NCBI RefSeq assembly: GCF_000406145.1
Contig: NZ_CM001976.1
Location: 1,982,161 to 2,014,160, forward strand
Direction of reading: 5' to 3'
From: Dickeya dadantii NCPPB 898
Lineage (GTDB): Bacteria; Pseudomonadota; Gammaproteobacteria; Enterobacterales; Enterobacteriaceae
DNA length: 32,000 nucleotides
Each line of letters opens with the position of its first letter. Within the stretch, counting starts at the first letter, position 1. Both the position numbers and the translations under genes were made by a program. The notes beneath the pieces are model-generated. The model did not search any database and was not told the DNA's origin. It saw only the letters and a program-made list of their open reading frames with translations. This document shows positions 17,277 to 26,549 of the stretch, piece by piece.

Positions 17277-18305
17277 TTATTCGTCGCGCCAGCCCATCGC
17301 CGGAGCAACATGTTTCAGTATGGACTCGATAACGTGCACGTTGTAATCCACGCCCAGTTGATTCGGCACGGTTAGCAATAATGTATCCGCTTCGGCAATC
17401 GCTTCATCCTGTTTCAGTTGTTCGATCAGCTTGCTCGGCTCTGCGGCATAGCTGCGCCCGAAAATCGCGCGGGTTTTCTCATCAAGGAAACCGACCTTAT
17501 CGCTGTCGTCACGGCTTGAACCGAAATACATCCGGTCACGTTCATCCATCAGGGCAAAAATGCTGCGGCTGACCGAGACACGTGGCGTGCGTGTATGCCC
17601 GGCTTCTGCCCAAGCTTCGCGATACGCACGGATCTGTTTTGCCTGCTGAATGTGGAAAGGTTCGCCTGTTTCATCGTCTTTCAACGTGGAACTTTGTAGG
17701 TTCATGCCCAGTTTTGCAGCCCACATCGCGGTCGCATTCGAACCAGCGCCCCACCAGATGCGGTCGCGTAAACCGTCTGAATGAGGCTCAGGGCGCAACA
17801 GGCCCGGCGGGTTCGGGAACATTGGCTGTGGATTGGGTTTCGCAAAGCCTTCTCCACGTAACACGTCCAGCAGCACTTCGGTATGACGGCGCGCCATATC
17901 AGATTCGGTTTCCCCTTCGGAAGGGACGTAACCAAAATAGCGCCAGCCATCAATCACCTGCTCCGGGGAGCCACGGCTGATACCAAGCTGTAAACGCCCG
18001 CCGGAGATCAAGTCCGCTGCGCCCGCATCCTCCGCCATATACAGCGGATTTTCATAGCGCATATCGATAACACCGGTGCCGATTTCAATACGCCGGGTTT
18101 TCGCGCCTATCGCCGCCAGTAGGGGGAACGGTGAACTGAGCTGGCGGGCAAAGTGATGCACCCTGAAATAGGCTCCGTCTGCCCCCAGTTCTTCGGCGGC
18201 AACAGCCAGATCGATGGATTGCAGCAGTGCGTCAGCGGCCGAACGGGTTCCCGATTGCGGAGACGGCGTCCAGTGACCAAATGACAAAAATCCGATCTTT
18301 TTCAT
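17277..18305 (-). CDS. LLM-class (luciferase-like) flavin-dependent oxidoreductase
   Basis: 342 aa. The N-terminus MKKIGFLSFGHW and the motifs GADGAYFRVHHF and GGRLQLGISRG are typical of the luciferase-like monooxygenase family. Confidence 0.85.
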   Translation of the reverse strand: MKKIGFLSFGHWTPSPQSGTRSAADALLQSIDLAVAAEELGADGAYFRVHHFARQLSSPFPLLAAIGAKTRRIEIGTGVIDMRYENPLYMAEDAGAADLISGGRLQLGISRGSPEQVIDGWRYFGYVPSEGETESDMARRHTEVLLDVLRGEGFAKPNPQPMFPNPPGLLRPEPHSDGLRDRIWWGAGSNATAMWAAKLGMNLQSSTLKDDETGEPFHIQQAKQIRAYREAWAEAGHTRTPRVSVSRSIFALMDERDRMYFGSSRDDSDKVGFLDEKTRAIFGRSYAAEPSKLIEQLKQDEAIAEADTLLLTVPNQLGVDYNVHVIESILKHVAPAMGWRDE

Positions 18306-18594
18306 GACGTGTTTATCCTGGTTTTCAGGGGAATTATCAGCAGGCGGGCACTATTCATGATGAAGCAAACCTGCGCCTGCCTTGGGTTATCCCTACTTTA
18401 CGCATTACCTGATGAGATTAAATATCAGTTGTTTAACATAATGCATCAAATAAATTGATTGAGAGGGGAGGGACGTGCTCTGGATATGCCAATAGGTAAG
18501 GTCTGAATGGCGTTGTTTCGGTATCACAGGGATGAAGTTGTCATGACAAACACATGCGATTTGGCATATATTAAATTTCGTGCTGGAGGATTTC

Positions 18595-18927
18595 ATGACT
18601 ACCTTGACCCCGCTGGAACTGTTTAAGGCGTTATCTGATGAAACCCGCCTTTCGATCGTGCTGTTGCTGCGAGAAGTGGATGAGTTGTGCGTGTGTGATT
18701 TGTGTGAGGGGTTACAGGAACCTCAACCCAAGATCTCCCGTCATCTTGCACTGTTGCGCGATGCCGGGCTGTTAGTGGATCGCCGCCAGGGTAAATGGAT
18801 TCATTATCGGCTTTCACCTCATGTCCCTGCCTGGTGCGCCACGATTATTGAGCAGGCATGGTTGAGTCAGCGTCACACCGTTGCTGGCGTGATAAACAGA
18901 CTTGGGCATCAGCGGGTTTGCGAATAA
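18595..18927 (+). CDS. arsR: Arsenic-responsive transcriptional repressor ArsR
   Basis: The ELCVCDLC metal-binding motif and QPKISRHLALLRDAGLL HTH are closely similar to E. coli/R773 ArsR. The ATG at 18595 is preferred over the listed GTG at 18580. Confidence 0.9.
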   Translation: MTTLTPLELFKALSDETRLSIVLLLREVDELCVCDLCEGLQEPQPKISRHLALLRDAGLLVDRRQGKWIHYRLSPHVPAWCATIIEQAWLSQRHTVAGVINRLGHQRVCE

Positions 18928-18979
18928 AAAATTTATCCTTATATATTTGTTATTTCATATATGTTGATGGGAGCATGGC

Positions 18980-20264
18980 ATGTTACTGGCTGGAGCCGTT
19001 TTTATACTGACGTTAATCCTGGTCATTTGGCAACCTCGTGGGTTGGGCATCGGCTGGAGTGCATCGTTTGGGGCTGCGCTGGCTTGGGCAACCGGGGTGA
19101 TTCACTTAGAAGATATTCCCGTGGTATGGCACATCGTCTGGAATGCGACTACCACGTTCATTGCGGTGATTATTATCAGCTTACTGCTCGATAAGTCGGG
19201 TTTTTTTGAGTGGGCTGCGCTACATATGGCGCGCAGAGGTCAAGGGCGGGGCAAACGCTTATTTACTTTGATGATTGTGTTGGGGGCATTGGTCGCCGCG
19301 CTGTTTGCCAACGATGGCGCCGCGCTGATCCTGACGCCGATTGTGGTGGCGATGCTGGCAGCGCTGGGTTTTAGCCGCGCCAGCAACGCTGGCATTCGTG
19401 ATGGCGGCTGGCTTTATTGCTGATACCTCCAGTTTGCCGCTGGTGGTGTCGAATTTGGTTAATATCGTCACGGCGGATTACTTCCGCATTGATTTCAATA
19501 CCTATGCGCGGGTGATGATCCCGGTGGATATCGTTGCCGTCGTTGCCACATTGGGTGTGTTGCACCTGTTTTTTCGCCGGGAAATTCCAGTCGATTATGA
19601 TTTGGGCAAGCTTACAGATCCCGCTGCGGCGATTCGCGATAGACAGACATTCAACGCAGGATGGCTTGTTCTGGCACTGTTGTTAAGCGGCTTTTTCGTG
19701 CTGGAACCGCTGGGCGTACCCATCAGTCTGGTTGCGACTGTGGCAGCGGTAATTCTTTGGCTGGTAGCCCGAAGCGGGCAAATCATTGATACCGGCAGTG
19801 TACTGCGTGGCGCACCCTGGCAGATTGTGGTGTTTTCACTGGGCATGTATCTGGTGGTGTATGGTCTGCGCAATGCCGGGCTCACGGATTATCTGACACG
19901 CGTGTTGAATGATTTTGCCGCGCAGGGACTATGGACTGCGACAATCGGCACCGGTTTTCTCACCGCATTATTGTCATCGGTGATGAACAATATGCCGACG
20001 GTCCTTATCGGCGCGCTGTCGATTGACGCGTCTTCGGCTGATGGCGTAATCCGTGAGGCCATGATTTACGCCAACATTATCGGCTGTGATTTAGGGCCCA
20101 AACTGACACCCATCGGCAGCCTTGCCACGTTGCTGTGGTTACATGTGCTGGCGCAGAAAGAGATTCGTATCAGTTGGGGATATTACTTCCGCGTTGGCGT
20201 CGTGATGACGTTACCGGTGCTGTTCGTGACGCTGGCGGCGCTGGCGCTGCGTCTTTCTATCTGA
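18980..20264 (+). pseudogene. arsB: Arsenite efflux pump ArsB, split by a +1 frameshift near 19382
   Basis: ORFs 18980-19423 and 19341-20264 together reproduce full-length ArsB. The N-terminal part reads [28 protein letters not shown]...LGFSRA, and the second frame continues [25 protein letters not shown]. The frames join if one nucleotide is removed in GCCGCGCCAGCA (19375-19385). Confidence 0.85.
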
Positions 20265-20307
20265 TGGATGTGGCGGCTCACCGCAGGCTTTTAAAGAGAA
20301 TTAGGCA

Positions 20308-20739
20308 ATGACAGAGATTACCATCTACCATAATCCGGCGTGCGGCACATCCCGTAATACACTGGCGTTAATTCGTAATAGTGGTGTTGAACCAACCATC
20401 ATTCACTACCTTGAAACCCCACCCTCCAGAGAGGAACTTATTGGGTTGATTATCGCGATGGGCATTAGCCCACGTATGCTGTTACGCCAAAACGTCGAGC
20501 CTTATAGCGAGTTAGGGCTGGCCGAAGATAAATTCAGCGATGAACAATTGCTCACCTTTATGCTGACTCACCCCATACTGATTAATCGCCCGATTGTCGT
20601 CACGCTGCTCGGCACCCGGCTATGCCGCCCGTCAGAAGTGGTGCTGGATATCCTGCCTGATGCACAGCAAGGCGCGTTCGTTAAAGAGGATGGAGAACAC
20701 GTCGTCGATAAATTAGGCAAGAGAATAAAATTGAATTGA
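20308..20739 (+). CDS. arsC: Arsenate reductase, glutaredoxin-coupled type
   Basis: ITIYHNPACGTSRNTL...HPILINRPIVVT..GTRLCRPSEVVLDIL is near-identical in pattern to E. coli/R773 ArsC. Confidence 0.95.
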   Translation: MTEITIYHNPACGTSRNTLALIRNSGVEPTIIHYLETPPSREELIGLIIAMGISPRMLLRQNVEPYSELGLAEDKFSDEQLLTFMLTHPILINRPIVVTLLGTRLCRPSEVVLDILPDAQQGAFVKEDGEHVVDKLGKRIKLN

Positions 20740-20993
20740 AATCATAAAGGCACAGAAAATGGGCGATAAAACTTATTTGAAATCTATGTGTTAATGCTGG
20801 GATGTACCGCATCCCGGCACGTCTGATTCTGGCGTGTAGCCATGCACGCTCTTTGTTTCATGGCAGCGTCCTCCTCGTTTAAGGGTCGCGTTGGATTGAC
20901 CCATTGAACTCTCGGCGTGAACCGAACGTACTAGCCATAAAGTGTGTAGATTCAGCCAGAATACATTGTAAATTAAGACTAAATCAAAATGCG

Positions 20994-21683
20994 CTAATCA
21001 ATGGGGAGCAGGTCAGCCAGAAGTGCTCTTGCTTCCTGCAAGTGCTTATGGAACCGGGTAGCGTAGTCCCCGGCGACGGCCGTCTGAATACTAGGGCGCT
21101 TAGCCAGTGCACGACGCCAATCCGCCACTCGATTTAGCCCATCAAACACAGGGTGGCTGGACTCAACGTTAAGTATGTCGAAGTAGCGAAAAACTGGAGC
21201 TATGGCAATGTCTACCATACTGAGCTCTTCTCCGGCGAAATAAGGGCCATCCGATATTTCGGCATTAAATCGTTCCAGTTTTCCTCTTAAAGCTGCGGAT
21301 TTGGCAAGGGCTGTCCGCGGGTCGGAGGCGTTCAGAAATCCCCATGCATCCGACAGCGTGGCAGATACGAATTCAATCCATGCGCGGTGTTGTGCTCGGA
21401 GTAACGCATTCATTGGATGCAGTGCTGGTTCGGGGTACACATCCTCGAGATATTCGCAGATTGCGATGCTCTCGAATAGAACGGACTCACCCCCATGGCT
21501 GTCTGGAACTTTGAGCAACGGAACCTTGCCCGTTGGCGATATCGCAAAAAACCAGTCTGGCTTGTTTTGAAGATCAACATTAATCCTCTGAAAGGGAATG
21601 CCTTTTTCGAGCAACACGATGGCAACTCGCTGAACAAATGGGCATAAATGGTGGCTGATGAGTGTCAACTGTGATTGGGACAT
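20994..21683 (-). CDS. Glutathione S-transferase family protein (Cys-type, CPF active-site motif)
   Basis: The thioredoxin-like N-domain carries HHLCPFVQRV and GKVPLL...ESIAICEYL. It is followed by a helical C-domain. The ATG at 21683 is preferred over the listed GTG at 21719. Confidence 0.8.
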   Translation of the reverse strand: MSQSQLTLISHHLCPFVQRVAIVLLEKGIPFQRINVDLQNKPDWFFAISPTGKVPLLKVPDSHGGESVLFESIAICEYLEDVYPEPALHPMNALLRAQHRAWIEFVSATLSDAWGFLNASDPRTALAKSAALRGKLERFNAEISDGPYFAGEELSMVDIAIAPVFRYFDILNVESSHPVFDGLNRVADWRRALAKRPSIQTAVAGDYATRFHKHLQEARALLADLLPID

Positions 21684-21829
21684 GGGAAGACGCCTAATAA
21701 AATGATAGCCCACCGCCACGAATGGGAGCGGGCCGTGTGGAAGATAAGGTTTATGACTTCAGGAAATCCTGGGTCGTCATTGCATTACCGTAAAACGGCA
21801 AGATACGTTTCTGCTGCTATCGCTGGTCG

Positions 21830-22576
21830 CTAGAGCGAGCGACCGCCATCGACGATAATTTCCGAGCCGACCGTCCATCGTGATTCGTCTGAAGCCAGGT
21901 ACAGCACAGCCTTGGCCACCTCCTCGGGCGTACCGAAGCGGCCGAGTGGGATGGTTGAAATGATGTCTTTGTTGACCTGCTCGCGATAGGCATCGGGAAT
22001 TCCGAGCTTATCGTAAAGCGGCGTTTCGATCGGGCCAGGGCTGACAGCATTGACGCGAATACCGCGTGGGAGCAATTCGGTTGAAAGCGTCTTCGCCATG
22101 TTCAGGAACGCAGCCTTTGTCGCCCCATAGACCGATGAATTTGCTGCGCCGACGTGTGCATTGACCGATGTATTAAGCACTACTGATGCGGGGTTTGCGA
22201 AGAGCGGTAGCAATGCCTGCATCAGGAAGTACGGCCCCTTGACGTTAATGTCGAAGGAGTGATCGAACATTTCTTCCGTCCACTGTTCGATTGGCAACCA
22301 AACGGATACACCCGCATTGAGAAAGGCGATATCGAGCTGACTATAGTGAGCCTGGACGGTATGCGCCAGTTCCTTCTGCGCTGCAATACTGGCTGAATCA
22401 GCGCGCAGCACCGGAACCTCACTCCCCAGTTCCGCCTGGGCGTTTGCGATTGACTCCGGATTGACTCCTGTAACAATCACGCGCGCGCCTTCAGCGAGAA
22501 ACTGTTTGGCTGTTTCAAGGCCGATGCCGCTGGTGCCACCGGTAATGAGGGTGCGTTTGCCTTGCAATCTGGACAT
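21830..22576 (-). CDS. SDR-family oxidoreductase
   Basis: Motifs [11 protein letters not shown] and YGATKAA. The ATG at 22576 has an AAGGAG SD. The listed start at 22642 is an upstream extension. Confidence 0.9.
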   Translation of the reverse strand: MSRLQGKRTLITGGTSGIGLETAKQFLAEGARVIVTGVNPESIANAQAELGSEVPVLRADSASIAAQKELAHTVQAHYSQLDIAFLNAGVSVWLPIEQWTEEMFDHSFDINVKGPYFLMQALLPLFANPASVVLNTSVNAHVGAANSSVYGATKAAFLNMAKTLSTELLPRGIRVNAVSPGPIETPLYDKLGIPDAYREQVNKDIISTIPLGRFGTPEEVAKAVLYLASDESRWTVGSEIIVDGGRSL

Positions 22577-22716
22577 GACATTCTCCTTTACGTTATTGGC
22601 GATCAGTCGTTGTGCTGACCTGCCTGGTGGAGAACTATGCACTCATGCCTAAATTTTGATAAGATTGCCTTTTTAGATATATTTCATGCCTATTTTGCAT
22701 AAATCAGAGGTTATGA

Positions 22717-23652
22717 ATGGATCGATTACTGCTGATGACATGCTTTGTCCGGGTTGTTGAGACAGGAAGCTTCTCGGCTGCAGGGCGCGCCTTGGGTTTA
22801 GGGCAGCCCAAAGTCAGCCGTCATGTAGCGGCGCTGGAAGATCATTTACAAACCAGACTGCTTCACCGATCAACGCGTAAGCTTGCCCTCACGCCGGAGG
22901 GAGAGCGCTACTATGCAGAAGCCCGACGTATTCTTGACGCCGTGGAAGAATCAGAGTCGTCGTTCAGAGAGAACGTCGCCCCGTCCGGATTGTTACGTGT
23001 CGCATGCCCGACCGCGCTAGCCCATACATTCGTGGTGCCGCATGTACCCGCCTTCTTAGAACGATATCCAGAGTTGACGCTCGAGCTCCAGATCAGTGAC
23101 CGCTACGTAAATCTGGTCGACGAGGGGGCTGAACTGGCGATCCGGATCGGGCATTTAGAAGACAGCACATTGCGTGCCCGGCACCTGGGGTTGTTCGAAC
23201 GCGTATGCGTCGCCAGCAAGGGATACCTGGCTAAACGCGGAATCCCCAATACTCCCGATGATCTAAGAATGCACGATTGTTTGGTCTACACTCTGTTGTC
23301 GACAGGCGCCACATGGCGTTTCCGAAATGCCGATATTCCCGTTTCTGGCAGGCTTAGGGTCAACTCACCGGAGGCCATACGAGAATGTGTCAATGCGGGA
23401 CAAGGGATCGCTCAGGGGCCAGAATGGCTATACGAGGAAGGGCTGAAAAATGGCAATTTGCAGTTGTTGCTGAGGGACTACACGGCTCCGCCTGTGCCCA
23501 TTCAAGTCCTTTACGTTGCCGCCCGGCTTCTTCCCAAGCGGGCCATCGTATTCATGGATTTCATCGCCGAGATATTTGCAAAAACTCCAGCACTGAACAA
23601 CGGAAGAGATCAAGATGCTTGCGCGGTGGTACGCACTGAAAATGGCGTATGA
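22717..23652 (+). CDS. LysR-family transcriptional regulator, divergent from the SDR gene
   Basis: N-terminal HTH FVRVVETGSFSAAGRALGLGQPKVSRHVAALEDHL followed by a LysR substrate-binding domain. Confidence 0.9.
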   Translation: MDRLLLMTCFVRVVETGSFSAAGRALGLGQPKVSRHVAALEDHLQTRLLHRSTRKLALTPEGERYYAEARRILDAVEESESSFRENVAPSGLLRVACPTALAHTFVVPHVPAFLERYPELTLELQISDRYVNLVDEGAELAIRIGHLEDSTLRARHLGLFERVCVASKGYLAKRGIPNTPDDLRMHDCLVYTLLSTGATWRFRNADIPVSGRLRVNSPEAIRECVNAGQGIAQGPEWLYEEGLKNGNLQLLLRDYTAPPVPIQVLYVAARLLPKRAIVFMDFIAEIFAKTPALNNGRDQDACAVVRTENGV

Positions 23653-23711
23653 TGCTGCGTACTTTATTGCGCACCGTTTTGCTGTAACCCGTGAACGGTC
23701 AGACTTACCAC

Positions 23712-23981
23712 TCACCATGTGGACGATAAATGCCAGTGGATATGGAAAATGCGTAAGATCTGAATGGTGTTGTTTTCTACACGGTAGGGGATATAGGGGA
23801 TGATGCGATAGCACCCGTTCGTGCGTCTGGAACGCGCCCCGGTCGCCCCATTGATGGCCGCTCCGGCAGGAGTTGCGTTAATCATCTGACCTCACTGACA
23901 AACTGGTCAGCTGCTTGCGGGTTATCTTGTGTAATATGGTGGCATTCGGTTGGCGGCTATGCGTCGCCATTTAATTTCCAT
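23712..23981 (-). pseudogene. Decayed orphan ParE/RelE-family toxin gene, paralog of the intact toxin at 24559-24843
   Basis: The first 15 nt (ATGGAAATTAAATGG, MEIKW) are identical to the intact toxin. Similarity then continues across three reading frames: QDNPQAADQFVSEVR*LTQLLPERPSMGRPGRVP, then THERVLSHHP, then IIPYIPYRVENNTIQILRIFH. There is an in-frame TGA. No antitoxin ORF lies upstream. Confidence 0.7.
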
Positions 23982-24146
23982 GCCACGAGAGAGGTTGAAT
24001 TTATGGTTTAAGTATTTATTTATATTGCATTAATTATAGGTTTGTTTTTTATCATATAACTAAACGTATAACTAAAACGAAAAGTCATCCTGAAAAATAG
24101 TCTGCGCATGACATTAGGGTTTCGTTTGATACGCTGATTTTTAGCC

Positions 24147-24500
24147 CTAGATGCGTTGTACATTTAATTTTGCTTTACGACGCTCCAACACCATCATTTT
24201 TCGGGTGTGTTGCCACAGAATCCCATCGAGCAACATAAACTCACGCCATTCTGCTGTACCTAAAGAAAGAGATTTGTGCATCAACTCACCCACACGTTCG
24301 GCAAGGAGCAGGTTTCTTACTCGTAGCAATTGCAACGGCGTGAATCGCCCATTATTACCAACCAAAGGAAAGAATGCCTGGCGGCTGCGTTCCCCATGTT
24401 TCACGGCATTGGTGTTACCAACGGGAGCACCTGCGCCGATACGTTTCCCGCCCCAGCCGGACGATCTTGATTGTTGGTTATGTTTTTTGTTGTCTTTCAT
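24147..24500 (-). CDS. Hypothetical protein with a GAPxGNxNAxKHG motif, third gene of the toxin-antitoxin operon
   Basis: It lies 20-60 nt downstream of the toxin stop on the same strand. The motif GAGAPVGNTNAVKHG resembles the motif I associate with YjcR/terminase-small-subunit-like proteins. The start is uncertain: ATG at 24500 or TTG at 24539, neither with a clear SD. Confidence 0.45.
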   Translation of the reverse strand: MKDNKKHNQQSRSSGWGGKRIGAGAPVGNTNAVKHGERSRQAFFPLVGNNGRFTPLQLLRVRNLLLAERVGELMHKSLSLGTAEWREFMLLDGILWQHTRKMMVLERRKAKLNVQRI

Positions 24501-24558
24501 GGCTGCGTGGCGATTAGTTAGTGGATGTATGTTCGTCAAAATTCAGAAAGGCAGTTGT

Positions 24559-24843
24559 TCACCATTTCGCGGGTAAACGCCTGTGCGTATGAAAGACGCG
24601 CAGAATCTGGATCATATTATCTTTCACTTGGTAGGGTATGATGTAGGGATAGTGCGTTAACACTAGCTCACGCGTTCCTGGCACACGGCCTGGCCTTCCC
24701 ATTGCTGGCTGTTGCGGTAGTAATTCCGTTAACCGTTGGACTTCATCTACGAACTGGCTGGCAGCCAGTGGATCGTCTTGCGCGATATAGAGGTACTCGG
24801 CTTCCAAATTGGCCGCGGCTTTACGCAGCCATTTAATTTCCAT
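24559..24843 (-). CDS. Type II toxin, RelE/ParE family
   Basis: 94 aa. MEIKW...GRPGRVPGTRELVLTHYPYIIPYQVKDNMIQILRVFHTHR is the characteristic ParE/RelE pattern. The start overlaps the antitoxin end by 11 nt. Confidence 0.85.
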   Translation of the reverse strand: MEIKWLRKAAANLEAEYLYIAQDDPLAASQFVDEVQRLTELLPQQPAMGRPGRVPGTRELVLTHYPYIIPYQVKDNMIQILRVFHTHRRLPAKW

Positions 24844-25078
24844 GTCTTACCGTACCTAACTTTTTAAACAGATTGTTCATCTCATCTGATGAGACAAAAT
24901 CACCCGCATCGGCTTCTTTAATAGCCTGCTCAATCTCTGCTATCTGCCAGGCTTCCCGCGCAAGATAGTCTTCAATAGCTTGTCCGGCCAGAAAAGAGCG
25001 GGTACGTCCCGTAGCTTTAGCCAAGGCATCAAGCTGCGCGGCTGTTTCATCATTCAATCGAACGGACATAACGCCCAT
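24833..25078 (-). CDS. Type II antitoxin, ribbon-helix-helix (CopG/ParD-like)
   Basis: 81 aa. The N-terminal RHH reads MSVRLNDETAAQLDALAKATGRTRSFLAGQAIEDYL. A GAGGTG SD lies 6 nt upstream of the ATG. The gene sits immediately upstream of the toxin and overlaps it. Confidence 0.8.
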   Translation of the reverse strand: MGVMSVRLNDETAAQLDALAKATGRTRSFLAGQAIEDYLAREAWQIAEIEQAIKEADAGDFVSSDEMNNLFKKLGTVRHGN

Positions 25079-25085
25079 GTTAACA

Positions 25086-25124
25086 CCTCACTACATTGTA
25101 TGTTTTGTATACATTGTAGTGAGG
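25086..25124. promoter_or_regulatory. Probable autoregulatory operator of the TA operon
   Basis: Inverted repeat CCTCACTACATTGTAT-N-ATACATTGTAGTGAGG. The outer 10 bp are perfect, and TACATTGTA occurs twice. It lies 8-46 nt upstream of the antitoxin ATG. Confidence 0.5.
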
Positions 25125-25236
25125 TGAGGGGAGAGAGACAAGTGGTTACTCAATGGTATTTGGGATGTTGCTCTCTATGCAGGTATGGATTAGCCTCTGG
25201 AGTCTGTTAAGAGTTGTGAGTTCAACCGATGGATGC

Positions 25237-25261
25237 AACACCTTCGCCTGAAGGTGTTTTT
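25237..25261 (+). terminator. Terminator-like hairpin between the cassette and the TA promoter
   Basis: The 9-bp stem AACACCTTC-GCCT-GAAGGTGTT is followed by a T5 run on the + strand. The T-tract orientation fits a + strand terminator, although the neighbouring genes are on the - strand. Confidence 0.4.
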
Positions 25262-25307
25262 ATCCAAACATAGTATCGCTAACTTAATTTATTTTCTAAG
25301 CGGAGTA

Positions 25308-26549
25308 TTAATCATTTTTTTCTTCATTTTGAATAACAACTCCTTTATTTCTTAAGAATTCATCAACCTTTCTGTTTAACTCGACATCTTCATCTTCAAA
25401 GCTAGCATCAGTATCATCTAATTCGGATATTAAATTACTTTTAAATGTTTCAAAATCGCGCTTAAACTCCCAGTTCTGAAATTGTTCGGAGGCATAAACA
25501 ATAACCCTGTCAATTATTCTTGCTCCGATCGATAATGTTTTCGCACTTGATACAGCTAAAGAATGCACAAGTGAAAAATATTGAGGATCTGATAATGATT
25601 GCGTCGATGCTGTTATGTCAAGAAATTTATGAGGAGATACAACCCATCCGGCATGCGATGCTTCTTTGCTAACTTTTATCATGGTATTGTCAAAAGTTAA
25701 GATTATCCAGTGAGCATTCGAATCAGTTATTTCGTTCTGGGTGAATTGCAAAGCCCACAAATCGTGATCCATAAGATAAGGCGATTTAGTCTGGTTGCGT
25801 GACTCCAGATAAGTATTATATTCATGCTCGAATTGGGCGCAATCTCCATTTTGATAAAATGGAATATCTATAAATTGAACGCCTGATTTACTTAATATAG
25901 ATTGAATGTCAGTCATAACAAATCTTACCCAATCCTTCCAGTTATCCCGTTCAATAAGGACGGCGGAACTGAAAGTTTTTAAATAATCAAAAATATTATC
26001 AGGAACTGTTACTCCTTGTAATTTTAGTGCGTAATAATTAGCGATGAAGGCATTTTTAGAATATTGTAGCTCTTCGGGGTTTTCATAGTCCTGAAGAAAT
26101 GAATACTTCCGAGCCATTAACAAATGAGAGGCGCATTCATTAATGTAAAAGAATGGGATAAACGGCATAGCATCTAGTTTTAATGCTCGTTTTATGGCTT
26201 TTTTGCTAATATTATAAAAACCATCGATATTTCCATTGTAAAGGCAAGAACATATCCAGTGGATAGCTACTGTAGGCTCGACTAAGATATTAAAATCACT
26301 CCACCTACTTGCTCCGAGAGCTTTTGCAGAGGTTATTGTATTTTTACCCTCTAAAGCTACATATATAGATGCTCTAGCAAGTTTAATTATGAGAGGATGA
26401 TTCGATGCGCTTTCAAGTATAGCCAGAGCAGCCTCATTAGCTTTTTTATTTGTTAGGCCTGATTTATTTTTTATATAGTCTCTTATGCTTATTTTTGTCT
26501 CTATTTCTGTGATTGAAAAATGACTCAATACTAATCTTAGCCTTAACAT
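25308..26549 (-). CDS. Hypothetical protein B of the AT-rich cassette, no recognisable domain
   Basis: A long ORF in very AT-rich DNA, where random ORFs should be short. It is co-directional with gene A. The only canonical starts are the ATG at 26549 and the TTG at 26591, and both lie inside gene A in another frame. The acidic C-terminal tail reads DDTDASFEDEDVELN. Confidence 0.6.
   Translation of the reverse strand: MLRLRLVLSHFSITEIETKISIRDYIKNKSGLTNKKANEAALAILESASNHPLIIKLARASIYVALEGKNTITSAKALGASRWSDFNILVEPTVAIHWICSCLYNGNIDGFYNISKKAIKRALKLDAMPFIPFFYINECASHLLMARKYSFLQDYENPEELQYSKNAFIANYYALKLQGVTVPDNIFDYLKTFSSAVLIERDNWKDWVRFVMTDIQSILSKSGVQFIDIPFYQNGDCAQFEHEYNTYLESRNQTKSPYLMDHDLWALQFTQNEITDSNAHWIILTFDNTMIKVSKEASHAGWVVSPHKFLDITASTQSLSDPQYFSLVHSLAVSSAKTLSIGARIIDRVIVYASEQFQNWEFKRDFETFKSNLISELDDTDASFEDEDVELNRKVDEFLRNKGVVIQNEEKND

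Noticed and set aside
20784-20861. 25-codon - strand ORF (MKQRACMATRQNQTCRDAVHPSINT) with a strong GAGGAGG SD, between arsC and the GST gene
   Set aside because: The SD is striking, but the ORF is very short, resembles nothing I know, and sits in a convergent intergenic region. It may be a gene remnant. There is not enough evidence to call it.
23428-23814. 128-aa - strand ORF and 62-aa + strand ORF (23615-23803) downstream of the LysR gene
   Set aside because: The 128-aa ORF overlaps the 3-prime end of the LysR gene on the opposite strand. Its N-terminal part is one of the shifted frames of the decayed ParE/RelE toxin remnant, so it is not an independent gene.
24055-24076. Direct repeat TATAACTAAA x2 (12-bp period) in the AT-rich junction, considered as an att core or integrase arm site
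   Set aside because: It is too short and low-complexity to be meaningful without the other end of the element, which is outside the window.
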